From positions 3,744,001 through 3,808,000 of the forward strand of contig CBDCDC010000002.1 of NCBI GenBank assembly GCA_965215195.1: a stretch of 64,000 nucleotides of DNA, in the 5' to 3' direction. Below, piece after piece: positions 19,946 through 29,893 of this stretch. Within the stretch, counting starts at the first letter, position 1; every line of letters begins with the position of its first letter. Both the position numbers and the translations under genes were made by a program. Below the pieces are notes generated by a model. That model worked only from the letters and a program-made list of their open reading frames with translations, had not been told where the DNA came from and searched no databases. The stretch is from Candidatus Latescibacterota bacterium. Lineage in GTDB: Bacteria > Latescibacterota > UBA2968 > UBA8231.

Positions 19946-21442
19946 TCAGCCCTTCAGCCGGTCAAAGAGTGCTGCGACTTCTCGCTCCTTCTCCGCTGAG
20001 CGCTTGCTCGCGAATCCCTCCGCAAAGTAGATCAGGAAGCTGACGATCAACTCGGCAGCCAGATTGATGGTAAAATTGTCGGGATAGATCGAATTGAAGA
20101 GAGCGTAGGTCAGCAAACCGCCGATCAGGGAGAGAATGGCACCTCGGGCTGTAGTCCGTTTCCAGATTAGACCGAACATAAGTGGGATGGCTATTGGGGG
20201 TAGAACGGCGCTGAACATTTTGATGGTCTTTTCAAAGACCTTGCCTATCCCCTCGCTTTCGGCGATCCAGATAGCTGTAATCAGCACCGCCATCCCAAAG
20301 GCAACCGTGGCGATCATTCCGGTCCTGAAGAGCGTTTGGCCGCTTGCTTGGCGGTTGAAATTGCGCTGGTAGATATCTTTGGTGAAGACCGCGGCCAGTG
20401 AATTGATATCGCTGTCGATCATGGACATCGTCGCCGCGAACATCGAACAAATGAGTAACCCAATCAGCCCTGGAGCCAGATCAGTCAGCACCTGACGAGC
20501 CAAGAGGACATAGGTCTGATCCGGATCGAACCCTTCGCGCGGCAACAATGAACTAGGGTCGAAATAGTCCGGCATCATCAGGGGTGCGGCCCAAGCCGGC
20601 ACGAAGATTACAATCGGATAAAGAAGGTACAAGAAACCGGAAAGCAGGGCCGCCTTCTGGGTATCCTTCGATTGCCCGACTGAGATAAAGCGTTGCGCCA
20701 GTCCCCAAGTACCACCGCTGTAGCTGAGTATCGTGACGATCAACAGAACCAGCCAGAAATCAAACCCAATACCCGCTTCTGCATTGAATAGCACCGCACG
20801 CTCTGCCGGCAACTGAGCCCACAGCGAATCCCATCCGCCGACGTATTCAAGCACTACGACCACGATGAGGATGCTGAGGACGAATTGAATGAAAAACTGA
20901 ATCACATCGGTCAGGACCGTAGCCCACAAACCGCCGACCAGAACATACACAATGGTGACTAGACCACCCACGGCGATAATGTGCAGCAAATCCCAACCGG
21001 TACAAACTTGGACCACGATCGAGATGGCGTAGAGCTTAATCCCGAGATCGACGAATTTAACTCCAATCCCTGCTAGTGCTACCAGTAGCCGCACAGAGTT
21101 GCCGTAGCGCGCTTCCAAGTATTCTACCGGGGTTAAGACTTTGAGGCGGGACCATCGCGGCGCCCAGGCTAGGGCGGCGATCATCATGGCGATAAAACAC
21201 GAGAGCGAAAACAGGGTCCACATGCTGAACCCGGCACTGCTGGCACGGCCGGCAAAGCCGACAAAGAGTACCGCGCTGTAGCCTGAAACATGGTGCGATA
21301 TCGCCGCCATCCACCAAGGCAGGAGATGGCCGGCCGCAAAGTACTCATCGACATTGGCCGCCTTCTTCCGCGCCACCAGACCCATCCAAGTCATCACGAC
21401 GACATAGATGGCGATGACAGCGCAATCGGTAGCAGTCAGCAC
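19946..21442 (-). CDS. Sodium:solute symporter (SSS family)
   Basis: EYFAAG..LPWW, GGLWATVLTDVIQF, QRF, FAATMS..DS.INS motifs; many TMs. Confidence 0.92.
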   Translation of the reverse strand: MLTATDCAVIAIYVVVMTWMGLVARKKAANVDEYFAAGHLLPWWMAAISHHVSGYSAVLFVGFAGRASSAGFSMWTLFSLSCFIAMMIAALAWAPRWSRLKVLTPVEYLEARYGNSVRLLVALAGIGVKFVDLGIKLYAISIVVQVCTGWDLLHIIAVGGLVTIVYVLVGGLWATVLTDVIQFFIQFVLSILIVVVVLEYVGGWDSLWAQLPAERAVLFNAEAGIGFDFWLVLLIVTILSYSGGTWGLAQRFISVGQSKDTQKAALLSGFLYLLYPIVIFVPAWAAPLMMPDYFDPSSLLPREGFDPDQTYVLLARQVLTDLAPGLIGLLICSMFAATMSMIDSDINSLAAVFTKDIYQRNFNRQASGQTLFRTGMIATVAFGMAVLITAIWIAESEGIGKVFEKTIKMFSAVLPPIAIPLMFGLIWKRTTARGAILSLIGGLLTYALFNSIYPDNFTINLAAELIVSFLIYFAEGFASKRSAEKEREVAALFDRLKG

Positions 21443-21615
21443 AATACTTCCTCTTTGGCCCTTCTCAAATTTTCAGCCGAGCAGAGGTAGGCTTTAAGAA
21501 GAAACTTACTCGCTGACGTTACGCAGTTTTCCAGAAAATTCTCAATTTCACCCCAATATCTTGGATCAACAGGCTTCGATAAACCACAAGATAGAGAGCG
21601 ACTGCGTAACGTCAG

Positions 21616-22866
21616 TTACTCGGTGAGTTCAGTGTAGAAATCAATCTGCTGCTGCGCGATAGAACCCTCTTGGGTGAGGGCGAAAACCACCAGATTGACC
21701 CCCATCCTTAGCTGAGGCTCATTCTCGAATTCATCCTGCCAGATGCTCCCATAGCCCATATCCGAGTAAACCGCCACCAAGCGCCCATTCAAGAAAACTC
21801 CTTCGAGGAACTGTGCCTGATCGGGCTGATAGTAAACATCTGTCTGCTCGGCCGAGTTGTAGTAGAAAATGTCGGGGTTACCCCTGACGCTCAGGTATTC
21901 TCCCCCGACCGGAGGTCCATCTAGGTCGAAATAACTGTGGTAAATCGGGTGACTGTTGGGAATGCGCTGTAGCTTGCCATCTTTGCCCAAAGCCAAGCTG
22001 AACATCTTTCTCAACGAAGCTTCCGCTGGCCCAAAGTTGAGATCCGGCCGGTCATTGTCGGCAAAAACAAATCCTCCGTTTCGCATGTACCATCCCAGAT
22101 TTTCGATTTCTCTATCCGTCAGTTCAAAACCGTCTTTGTCCGTGATATATACAAAAGGCGTCTTGAACAGTTCGGGGGAGTCCAAGAACATGTGGTCCGC
22201 CACTTTGGCTTGGATGCCGGTATAAGAGTTAATGCCATCTGCCAGCCGCGAAACCGAGCGGGGCGCGTCGGGTTGGAGGTCGTTGGCCCAAGCGAGGGCC
22301 AAATAGACGAAGCCCTTGATATTCCTCCGATCATTTGGATCTTGGATTACCATGCCCCGATACTTACCCGTATCGAGCGCGTTCAGATCGAGAAACTCCT
22401 CCTGCATACTGATCCGCTTCTCCGGGTCCTTTGAACTCTTGATCTGCATTGAGGGCATCTGCGGCGTGATAGTGCCAGTACCCACGCTGGTCCCGGCATC
22501 AATTCCGCGATCGAAGACAGCTACATTGCCCAATACATCCATCCGACGCACCGGACGCGGGGGCGTATGGGTCAGTTTCGGCTTCGAGGCCGTTAGCTTT
22601 CGGGTCATCACCCTCTTTTGCACCAAGGTCTTTCTCATGCGGAAGGGCTTCTTGGCCATCGGCTTGCGAATTATGAACTCCGTTGCAAGGGGCTTGGGCA
22701 CGGGCTTTTCTTTTTTTATTCCCACTAGGTAGGCCAAAGATGAGGCCATTATGAGCAACGCTAGAGCGTACGCAGCGTAGGATATCCTGCGGTTATCTCG
22801 ATAGAGTCTCCTTAGAGCTATCGCATCCGCTGGAGCCCTAAAACGATCTGGAGTAGATTTTCGCAC
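21616..22866 (-). CDS. DUF4159 domain protein with N-terminal TM anchor and Lys/Pro-rich linker
   Basis: PFVYIT..GFELTDREIENL..YMRNGGFVFAD, IPNSHPIYHSYFD, GRLVAVYS..GYG..W, MGVNLVVFALT. Confidence 0.85.
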   Translation of the reverse strand: MRKSTPDRFRAPADAIALRRLYRDNRRISYAAYALALLIMASSLAYLVGIKKEKPVPKPLATEFIIRKPMAKKPFRMRKTLVQKRVMTRKLTASKPKLTHTPPRPVRRMDVLGNVAVFDRGIDAGTSVGTGTITPQMPSMQIKSSKDPEKRISMQEEFLDLNALDTGKYRGMVIQDPNDRRNIKGFVYLALAWANDLQPDAPRSVSRLADGINSYTGIQAKVADHMFLDSPELFKTPFVYITDKDGFELTDREIENLGWYMRNGGFVFADNDRPDLNFGPAEASLRKMFSLALGKDGKLQRIPNSHPIYHSYFDLDGPPVGGEYLSVRGNPDIFYYNSAEQTDVYYQPDQAQFLEGVFLNGRLVAVYSDMGYGSIWQDEFENEPQLRMGVNLVVFALTQEGSIAQQQIDFYTELTE

Positions 22867-22910
22867 CTGTATTCAGTCCTAAGTGAGTTCCGCCACAAAG
22901 CCCATATTCG

Positions 22911-23282
22911 TTACTGCGGAATAAACACGGTGTCCACATTCGACTTCTGCCCGGCGAAGTTGGTTTTATCCACGGCTTGGACTTGGAAGGTATAGAAAGA
23001 GTCAATCGAGGTAAATTCAACCGCATAGGACTGCCTGTCCCCGGGAGCAGTGTATTGACGCTCCACCCCCGACGTGCCTTCAGTTACCGTGACTATATAG
23101 TAAAAGACGGCCGCGTTGCTCATGTTCCATCTCAGAATCACATCGTCCCCTTCAAGGGATGCTTCCAAGTCTTGGGGGCTCCCAATCCGATTGTCGTGAA
23201 ACTTGGACGGCAAGCTATGATCTTTGCTGCAGTGCAGGATGCCGAAGATCAGCAACGCGCAAAAAAGCAAGGCTCTACCCAT
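22911..23282 (-). CDS. Fibronectin type III domain lipoprotein
   Basis: Lipobox-like ILHC; PQDL...VILRW...YTFQVQAVD...G..S. Confidence 0.75.
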   Translation of the reverse strand: MGRALLFCALLIFGILHCSKDHSLPSKFHDNRIGSPQDLEASLEGDDVILRWNMSNAAVFYYIVTVTEGTSGVERQYTAPGDRQSYAVEFTSIDSFYTFQVQAVDKTNFAGQKSNVDTVFIPQ

Positions 23283-23304
23283 TGACGAACTCCCTCTAAA
23301 AGGT

Positions 23305-23847
23305 TCAGAAACTTCCCGTCATCACCAACTTGGGCGGCACATCCCCCAGCCCCGGCATGGCCCTCAAGTTCCATCGAGCCACAGCGGATACTTTGGGAGA
23401 ATCATATAAGAGGATATCGGTCAGGCTATAAATATACATCCCCACAGCTACCGCACCAAAGACTCTGCGCGTCAGATGCAGATCGTCCAACTCATCATTG
23501 GTTTTATGCAGCTCGTCCCACTTTTGCTGGGCGAGATCGTAGCGGCTGTTCCCAGTCGCCATCACTTCGTATTCGTCTTTCAGCCGGTGGAAATTGTCGC
23601 GGCGGGTATTATAGTTTTCGTTTGCTATTAGCGCCACGGCCAAAGAGCTAACCTCGCCGATCAGCATGAACGTTCCCTTTATCTTCTGGCCGGTGGCGAG
23701 TTGTCCCAGCCCCGGGAAGAGAGCTGACAGGACAACCGCCTTCTTTTTAGTGGCGATCTGCCTAGTTGCAAAGACATCGTCTTGGCTTTGCGCCCAGCCG
23801 GGAGATACTACGCTGAGAAGTGTTATTACTAAAATAAACTGCTTCAT
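23305..23847 (-). CDS. Secreted/membrane hypothetical protein (DUF5683-like)
   Basis: Signal peptide; KKAVVLSALFPGLGQL..G..KG motif. Confidence 0.6.
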   Translation of the reverse strand: MKQFILVITLLSVVSPGWAQSQDDVFATRQIATKKKAVVLSALFPGLGQLATGQKIKGTFMLIGEVSSLAVALIANENYNTRRDNFHRLKDEYEVMATGNSRYDLAQQKWDELHKTNDELDDLHLTRRVFGAVAVGMYIYSLTDILLYDSPKVSAVARWNLRAMPGLGDVPPKLVMTGSF

Positions 23848-23889
23848 CGCAATTACCTTTTGTTGGGTTCGCTCGAGTGTGCGCCTGCT

Positions 23890-26800
23890 TCAATATCGCG
23901 GGGCTCCTGCCACGATCTGTATGAAGACAGCGAGGACATTGGTGTTGTCGGCACTGCGGAAGGGATCGTCGTACGTTCGGCGATCGAAGGTCACACCAGC
24001 ATTGGCCACAATCTCATAGCCGAAATAGTCGGAGCGATTGGTCATCATGAAGACGTACACATTCTGCTCGAAACTGTTCCAATTGTTGCCATGGTCCTCG
24101 ACGCCATAATTCCACAAGGGCAAACCTTGGGCACCGAGGCGAAAGGTAGTTCGGGGCGTCACATAGTAATTGGCTTTGAGCAACGGAATGACCGTGGTCT
24201 CATCGGCCAGAGGTATGTCGATGATGTCTTGGGTGCGCTTGAGGAAAAGCAGTTTCAGCGCTGGGATGATCTCCAATTTACTCCGGTGCCTCCGCCAAGT
24301 ATAGTCGACGCGGTGAACCGAACTCATAGTGCGAATCGCATTCTTGCGCTGATGGGTTCCGTCGTCCAAAAGGCCCCGCTGCTGCCAGTTGAATTCGTAG
24401 CGGAAGTTGTGATACATTCTCAGGCCGTTGAGCGGACTCAGAAGCGTCTCCAAGTAGAATCTATTGGCCCAGCTATTCTTGTAGTTCAGATTGTCCTCTA
24501 TTAAGATCAGGTCGAACTGTTGTTGGTAGCCGAATCCGGCCAGATGCGTCTTGCCGAAGGGGCTCCTACCAAAGTCCGAGGAGATCAAGACGCGATCCGG
24601 CACAGTGTCCCAAACCCGCTTCAGCGTATTCTCCACCACCAGCCTACCTAGTCCCGGCTGCTCTGCCTTATAGATGAGACGGCCATAGTTCATCAAATTT
24701 TTACCCGCCCCATCCTGCTGGTGGGCATCGAGACTCCCCAGCGAGAAGCTCAGATCCGGCCGCAGATAGTACTTCCCGAACAGATGGTAGCCCGCCAGAT
24801 CCTCGGGATAGGGGTAATCGGGTTCAGGATCGTCCTCCCGGCCATCCGGTCTGTCGTTGTTGTTCAGATCCAAATCGTAGATATAGTCGTCCGATTCCAC
24901 ATCGTACATCAGAAAGGGTTCCCGATAATCCGGCCGCCTATTCCCATTTTTATTTGTATCTGGCCGCCCATCCCCATCCTCGTCCTTGCCGGGGAAAATA
25001 CCATCCGCATCCACTCCCTCGTTGACAAAGCCGGCGATGTACTGCTGGAACCACGAGTCGGGAAAGCGATCGTTGTCGTCGTTGTCGTCCACCATCATCA
25101 AGCGCATGGTACTGTTGAAGTGGGGTACAGCCGGCGTTCCCAACACTACTAATTCCGTGCTGTAATTCGGTCCCATGTGGAAGAATTCGCCTCCCCAGTC
25201 GAAGCGCTCGTGCTCCTTGCGCACCACCAGATAATACGCTTCACCTTTCTGGTCGAAGCGCTTGCCAAAGCGCATGGCCGTGCTGGGATCGGGTCCGACC
25301 ACACCATCGGGGTACTGGAAGTAGTGCCGGCTCCTCGCGTACTCCCCGTCAATTTTTAGCCCGAAGATATTGGTGCTGAAATCGGCACCCAAGATCTCCA
25401 TCCCGGTCTGCGTACCAATGTCGAATGAAATGCGCTTTGCGTTTGACCGGTCTTGGACATTCCCCGCGGCGCGCTCCACCACGCGAAAGAGCGTGGGCTG
25501 GCCATAGCGCTGCGTATAGGGGCTTTCAAGCGGCGCGTACGGGTCATCAAGGTCCACCCTTCTATTCCTAGCCACAGTTCCCACCTCAATTTTGTAATCG
25601 TTGGCGACCACGGCGTCGAAGGAAACGGATTGAACGTAGCCTTCTCCCGCCAAGTTGAAGTAATAGACCACGAAGTCGTCGCCAGAGACCTCTATAGGAC
25701 CTGTTTCGTCGGTGCGCCAGCGGAAAGACTGGTCCAGCGGTCTATAGATGTTGTTGAGGGCGTTGTTGCGAATCAGGATGGCACGCACCTCATCTTCAGT
25801 AAATCGCTCCCCCAAGATCGCATCGGCGTTATTGCGGTAGTAGTTCCTGCTCGTCGATGCTTCCGGTTGCAGATTCACCGCCAGGTGCCACGGCTCCTCA
25901 ATGGGAAATTCTACGCCCCTCCATACGTACGTCGTAAACTGGCGTTCAGGATCTACCGGATCATTTAACCTTAGATCCTTGAAGAAGAGGTAGTCCATGT
26001 AGAGCGGTGCTTCGTTGATGCGGTACTGCATATAGGTGGGCTCGGTCGGGACCGAGGAAGTAAAGGCCGCCGACAGCTCGGCATAGGTGTTGCGCACTAA
26101 CCCCTGTGCGCCGAACCGGCCCACCGAGGACTCGGTGATGCCGTCAATGTGCTCGACGATATCCGGGACGATGTCCTTGCGGGGAATTCCGTTGACCAAG
26201 ATGTTCAACTCGACGATGTAGGGACCTCCCCGGTCGTCCTCGGGTGAATCATCCGAAAATTTGACGGCGATAATTTCTGGGTATGGCTGGTTGTGGCGCA
26301 GCACTCCTTTGCGGGAGAAAGTGTGGCCGTACGCATCGCTGAAGCTCTCGTGCTGGTTGACATACGTCAGACCCAAATTCAGCAGGCCGACCCGCCGCTC
26401 AAAGTGAAAGGCCCCCATCCGCACCGTGTTCCAGTTCATGAATAGTGCCGAGAGATCGTCGCGTTTTGTACCCACGTCAATTCTGAAGCCGCGAAAGGCG
26501 TTGACTTTCAGGGTCAGCGGCGTGAAGCGCCCCCGCAACTCCTGAGCAATGGTCAGGCCCGCCCACCACCGGTTGGTCTGCTCCGAGACGGTTAGCACAT
26601 CCTCGAAATAGCGCCGATAGGTCGACTGTTCGCGCCCGGGATAGTTGTAGAGATCGCCTGTCACCCGCAGTATCGACGATCCCTGTCTTTGGGGCCCCAG
26701 ACCGGTGGTTTCCACCCAGTCGTAACCGGGGATCCCATAGACTAAGCGATTCCCCAGCGGCCCGTAGAAATACTGCTTGGGATCGCGGTAGGGAGAAAGG

Positions 26801-27051
26801 ATGGTCGAATAGTTTTTATACCTCTTTTCTGCGTGGGCATAATTCTCGTAAGGTTCCCAATCTCTCCGCAGAAACATCCGCTCGGGCTGGATTCGCGGCA
26901 CCTCCGGAATGTCGATTCCCGTGCGCGGTCCCCAACTCTCCGCGGTGCCGCTGGACGGACTTGCAGAGATCAGGACAGCGAGCAAAACCCAGCTTTCGAC
27001 AAGCAGCACTGGCCCGCTAAAGGAAAACCTTTTGCGCCAATCGTTTAACAC
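23890..27051 (-). CDS. Large putative outer-membrane protein, paralog 3 of unknown family
   Basis: Signal peptide; RFTPLTL, DDNDDNDRFPD, DGIFPGKDEDGDGRPDTNKNGN, PDYPY; amphipathic beta-strand C-terminus. Confidence 0.7.
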   Translation of the reverse strand: MLNDWRKRFSFSGPVLLVESWVLLAVLISASPSSGTAESWGPRTGIDIPEVPRIQPERMFLRRDWEPYENYAHAEKRYKNYSTILSPYRDPKQYFYGPLGNRLVYGIPGYDWVETTGLGPQRQGSSILRVTGDLYNYPGREQSTYRRYFEDVLTVSEQTNRWWAGLTIAQELRGRFTPLTLKVNAFRGFRIDVGTKRDDLSALFMNWNTVRMGAFHFERRVGLLNLGLTYVNQHESFSDAYGHTFSRKGVLRHNQPYPEIIAVKFSDDSPEDDRGGPYIVELNILVNGIPRKDIVPDIVEHIDGITESSVGRFGAQGLVRNTYAELSAAFTSSVPTEPTYMQYRINEAPLYMDYLFFKDLRLNDPVDPERQFTTYVWRGVEFPIEEPWHLAVNLQPEASTSRNYYRNNADAILGERFTEDEVRAILIRNNALNNIYRPLDQSFRWRTDETGPIEVSGDDFVVYYFNLAGEGYVQSVSFDAVVANDYKIEVGTVARNRRVDLDDPYAPLESPYTQRYGQPTLFRVVERAAGNVQDRSNAKRISFDIGTQTGMEILGADFSTNIFGLKIDGEYARSRHYFQYPDGVVGPDPSTAMRFGKRFDQKGEAYYLVVRKEHERFDWGGEFFHMGPNYSTELVVLGTPAVPHFNSTMRLMMVDDNDDNDRFPDSWFQQYIAGFVNEGVDADGIFPGKDEDGDGRPDTNKNGNRRPDYREPFLMYDVESDDYIYDLDLNNNDRPDGREDDPEPDYPYPEDLAGYHLFGKYYLRPDLSFSLGSLDAHQQDGAGKNLMNYGRLIYKAEQPGLGRLVVENTLKRVWDTVPDRVLISSDFGRSPFGKTHLAGFGYQQQFDLILIEDNLNYKNSWANRFYLETLLSPLNGLRMYHNFRYEFNWQQRGLLDDGTHQRKNAIRTMSSVHRVDYTWRRHRSKLEIIPALKLLFLKRTQDIIDIPLADETTVIPLLKANYYVTPRTTFRLGAQGLPLWNYGVEDHGNNWNSFEQNVYVFMMTNRSDYFGYEIVANAGVTFDRRTYDDPFRSADNTNVLAVFIQIVAGAPRY

Positions 27052-27060
27052 GGCCTTTTC

Positions 27061-29886
27061 CTAGATGACCGGACGGAGTCCGACTAAAGCCCGAAAAAAG
27101 AATATGGACGTATCTACGTTATTCAGGGCCTGTCTGGGGGAATTGAATTCCCTCTTCTGTATCTGATAGCCCATGTTGAAGTTCACCCTGTACCCCTGAT
27201 AGGTAAAAGTATTGGCGAGTATGAAAACATAGTCCTCACTCGCAAAGTCCCTATTTGAATTGACCAAGTCGAGGGAACGGCTCTGTAGAAAGGGAAAGCC
27301 CTGGGCTCCTAGGCGAACGCTCGTCAAGGAGGTCATATCCCAATCGAGGCGCAGAATGGGATAGAAAAATATCTCGTGCAGCACTGGAACCTGCCACCGA
27401 TCATTGGTCAACTTCTGTCCCATTACCTTCACTTGGGGGGTGATTCGCACATCCCGCAACACACCCGACAGATCCAAGGGATACTCTCCCTTGACGACAG
27501 AAGTCAGCCTGACGATGCGGTTGGACTTGCGTCCTTGCTGGGCAAATTGGCGATTGAAGTCGTGCTTGAAATCGAGGTGGATGTTGAGGGGTTTGGCACC
27601 GTCAAAATCCAAGGCGGCATAGGCGGTATTGACGAAACTATCCTTCATGCGCAGAGGATCTTCTATCAGGTCAATGGTCAACCCAGCACCGGTCAGCCGA
27701 CCGCTGATATCTTCCTGCAGTTCAAAGGTGGCATTGCGGGGAAACTGGAAGACGTTATCCCGGATGTCGTCCTCTACCCTCTTGGCGAAGTCAATCAGGG
27801 TAAGGCGACCCCAAAAGGGAAGATAGCGGGTGTGTTCCGCCTTGGCGTAAAAGACCCTATTCTCGTCCCCGGCTGCGATCTGCTCCGTGTTATAGTGCCC
27901 CACTTTGAGCGTCGTTCCCGGCCAAGGACGGAAAGACGCAAATAGGTGAAACCCTTCGAGGTCCTTATTGTAGGGATAGTCCGCATCGGGATTGTTCTCC
28001 CGGATGTCGATGACTCCGTTGTTGTTCAAATCATCGCCGTAGTCGTACTCTGCGGGATTGACGTCGAAGAGCAGAAAGGGCTCCAGATAGTCGGGGATGC
28101 CATTGTTGTTTATATTGGTCTCTGGCCGGCCGTCTTGGTCGATATCTAGTCCCGGGAAAATTCCATCCAGATCCCTCCGGCTCCTGATGTAATGCTCATC
28201 TGGAAAGCGGTCCTTGTCGTCGTTGTCCTCCACTGTATCGAAGATCAGGGTTCCATTGAGCGAACTCTGGTTGAACCCATCAATGCCTTTCAATCCGCCG
28301 TCAATCTCGCTGTCCAAGGGTGCAAAGGGCAAGGTGACAAAGCTCTGATAGCTAGGATCTTGCACCTGCAAGGAGGTGCCGTATTCCGGGTCTATACGGA
28401 ATAATTCGCCCCCGAATTCCACACCGTCCCGGTCCACGACGGCATTGATGAAATACGCTTCGCCGCGGCGATCGCTCCGCTTCCCTTTGGATACTGGAAA
28501 CTGGCGAAAATCGTAGCTGAGATCGTACTCCGCTTTCACAAAGAGATCCTCCACCGCAAAATCCGCGTGGACTCCGCCCAGCATCCTCCCCGTCTGGCGG
28601 CCGTGCCGGAACTCCACCACCCTCAGATTGGAGAGATCTTGTACTTTGCCTAGCGCGTGGGCGACGTCGTAGAAGTAAAGTGCCCTGTTGCGGTCCCGCG
28701 GACTTCGATCCCTCCGCGCCCTAGTGGGATCGTTGGCATAGACCTCGGACAGGCTGATCCGATAGTCGTTGCCCACCTTGACTTTGAACCGCACATCGTC
28801 GATATCCTCCTCGCTCAGCGGCACCCAGTAAAGAAGGAATTCTTTGCCGTGCGCTTCCAGATAACCCTTTTCTCCTGAGAAGTCCTCGGGCAGCAAGCCG
28901 TTGACGAATTCCACATAGGGCGGTATTTCCCGCCCCAATTCCCGCAGGAATTCCTTGTCGCCGTTGGGAAAGGCTGGATCAATGTCCTCGCGGTGATGCC
29001 GGGTCACGACGATGCGTTGGGTATCGTCAATTCCCGCCGCTGCAACAGCATCCGAATACACCTTCAATTCTGGTCGCAGTTGGCCGTTGATATAGACCTC
29101 GAAATCGTATACTCGGGGCCCTCCGCCATCGTCTATCGACCCATCTGCAAACTTCACCACCAAATAATCAACCGGCTGGATATTCCCCGGCGTCGCTCCC
29201 CTGAAATCCCAACCACCCCATTCCATCAGACTGTTGACGCGATACTGATTGACCCACACGAGTCCTAGCTTCAGTGCGCCAACCTCGGTTTGCAAATGCG
29301 AGCCCAGCAAATAGGTGGCAAATAAGGGGGGCCGAGTGCCGAGCGCGCCAAAGTTGTGTTGCTTGTTATCGGCGTTTGCGTTCACGTCAAAGATGGGATA
29401 GTCCAGACGCGAGGAGATCAGGGTGAAGTCGGACTGGGGCAGGTTCATGTCCCAACGAATGCCGTTCATGGCCGCCAAGTCTAGGGTCAGGGAGGTAAAT
29501 TTGGTGCGGATATTGTCGCCGACGATCAGAGAAGTGTTAATTTTTCCGTAGGAATCAGAGGAGACTGAAAGCCGACTGAGGTAGTCTTTGAAATACCGGC
29601 TTTTGTCGATGACACTTCCCGGCTCAGGGTCGAGAGTGCGCGACTCGCGCAACCGAAACACTTCGATGCCCTCGACGACAAAATTGCCCAACTCGTCGAA
29701 GACGAGATCTTCGGGACGGACCAAATAAGAGCGCGGCCAGTGTTTGTACGGTTCTCGGGCATGGGTGATATATCCCTCGCCCGGCCGGTAGAGAAAAAGC
29801 CCCGGTCCCCGTACATGGGCGCTGCTCTCCCCAACCCACACCAAGGCCAGAGCGCCTAACGCTAAAAAAGCCCTCGTCTTGCTCAT
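27061..29886 (-). CDS. Large putative outer-membrane protein, paralog 2
   Basis: Start MSKTRAFLALG (signal); KFTSLTL, EDNDDKDRFPD, DGIFPGLDIDQDGRPETNINNN, GDDLNNNG, ADYPY. Confidence 0.7.
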   Translation of the reverse strand: MSKTRAFLALGALALVWVGESSAHVRGPGLFLYRPGEGYITHAREPYKHWPRSYLVRPEDLVFDELGNFVVEGIEVFRLRESRTLDPEPGSVIDKSRYFKDYLSRLSVSSDSYGKINTSLIVGDNIRTKFTSLTLDLAAMNGIRWDMNLPQSDFTLISSRLDYPIFDVNANADNKQHNFGALGTRPPLFATYLLGSHLQTEVGALKLGLVWVNQYRVNSLMEWGGWDFRGATPGNIQPVDYLVVKFADGSIDDGGGPRVYDFEVYINGQLRPELKVYSDAVAAAGIDDTQRIVVTRHHREDIDPAFPNGDKEFLRELGREIPPYVEFVNGLLPEDFSGEKGYLEAHGKEFLLYWVPLSEEDIDDVRFKVKVGNDYRISLSEVYANDPTRARRDRSPRDRNRALYFYDVAHALGKVQDLSNLRVVEFRHGRQTGRMLGGVHADFAVEDLFVKAEYDLSYDFRQFPVSKGKRSDRRGEAYFINAVVDRDGVEFGGELFRIDPEYGTSLQVQDPSYQSFVTLPFAPLDSEIDGGLKGIDGFNQSSLNGTLIFDTVEDNDDKDRFPDEHYIRSRRDLDGIFPGLDIDQDGRPETNINNNGIPDYLEPFLLFDVNPAEYDYGDDLNNNGVIDIRENNPDADYPYNKDLEGFHLFASFRPWPGTTLKVGHYNTEQIAAGDENRVFYAKAEHTRYLPFWGRLTLIDFAKRVEDDIRDNVFQFPRNATFELQEDISGRLTGAGLTIDLIEDPLRMKDSFVNTAYAALDFDGAKPLNIHLDFKHDFNRQFAQQGRKSNRIVRLTSVVKGEYPLDLSGVLRDVRITPQVKVMGQKLTNDRWQVPVLHEIFFYPILRLDWDMTSLTSVRLGAQGFPFLQSRSLDLVNSNRDFASEDYVFILANTFTYQGYRVNFNMGYQIQKREFNSPRQALNNVDTSIFFFRALVGLRPVI

Positions 29887-29893
29887 AGCAACT

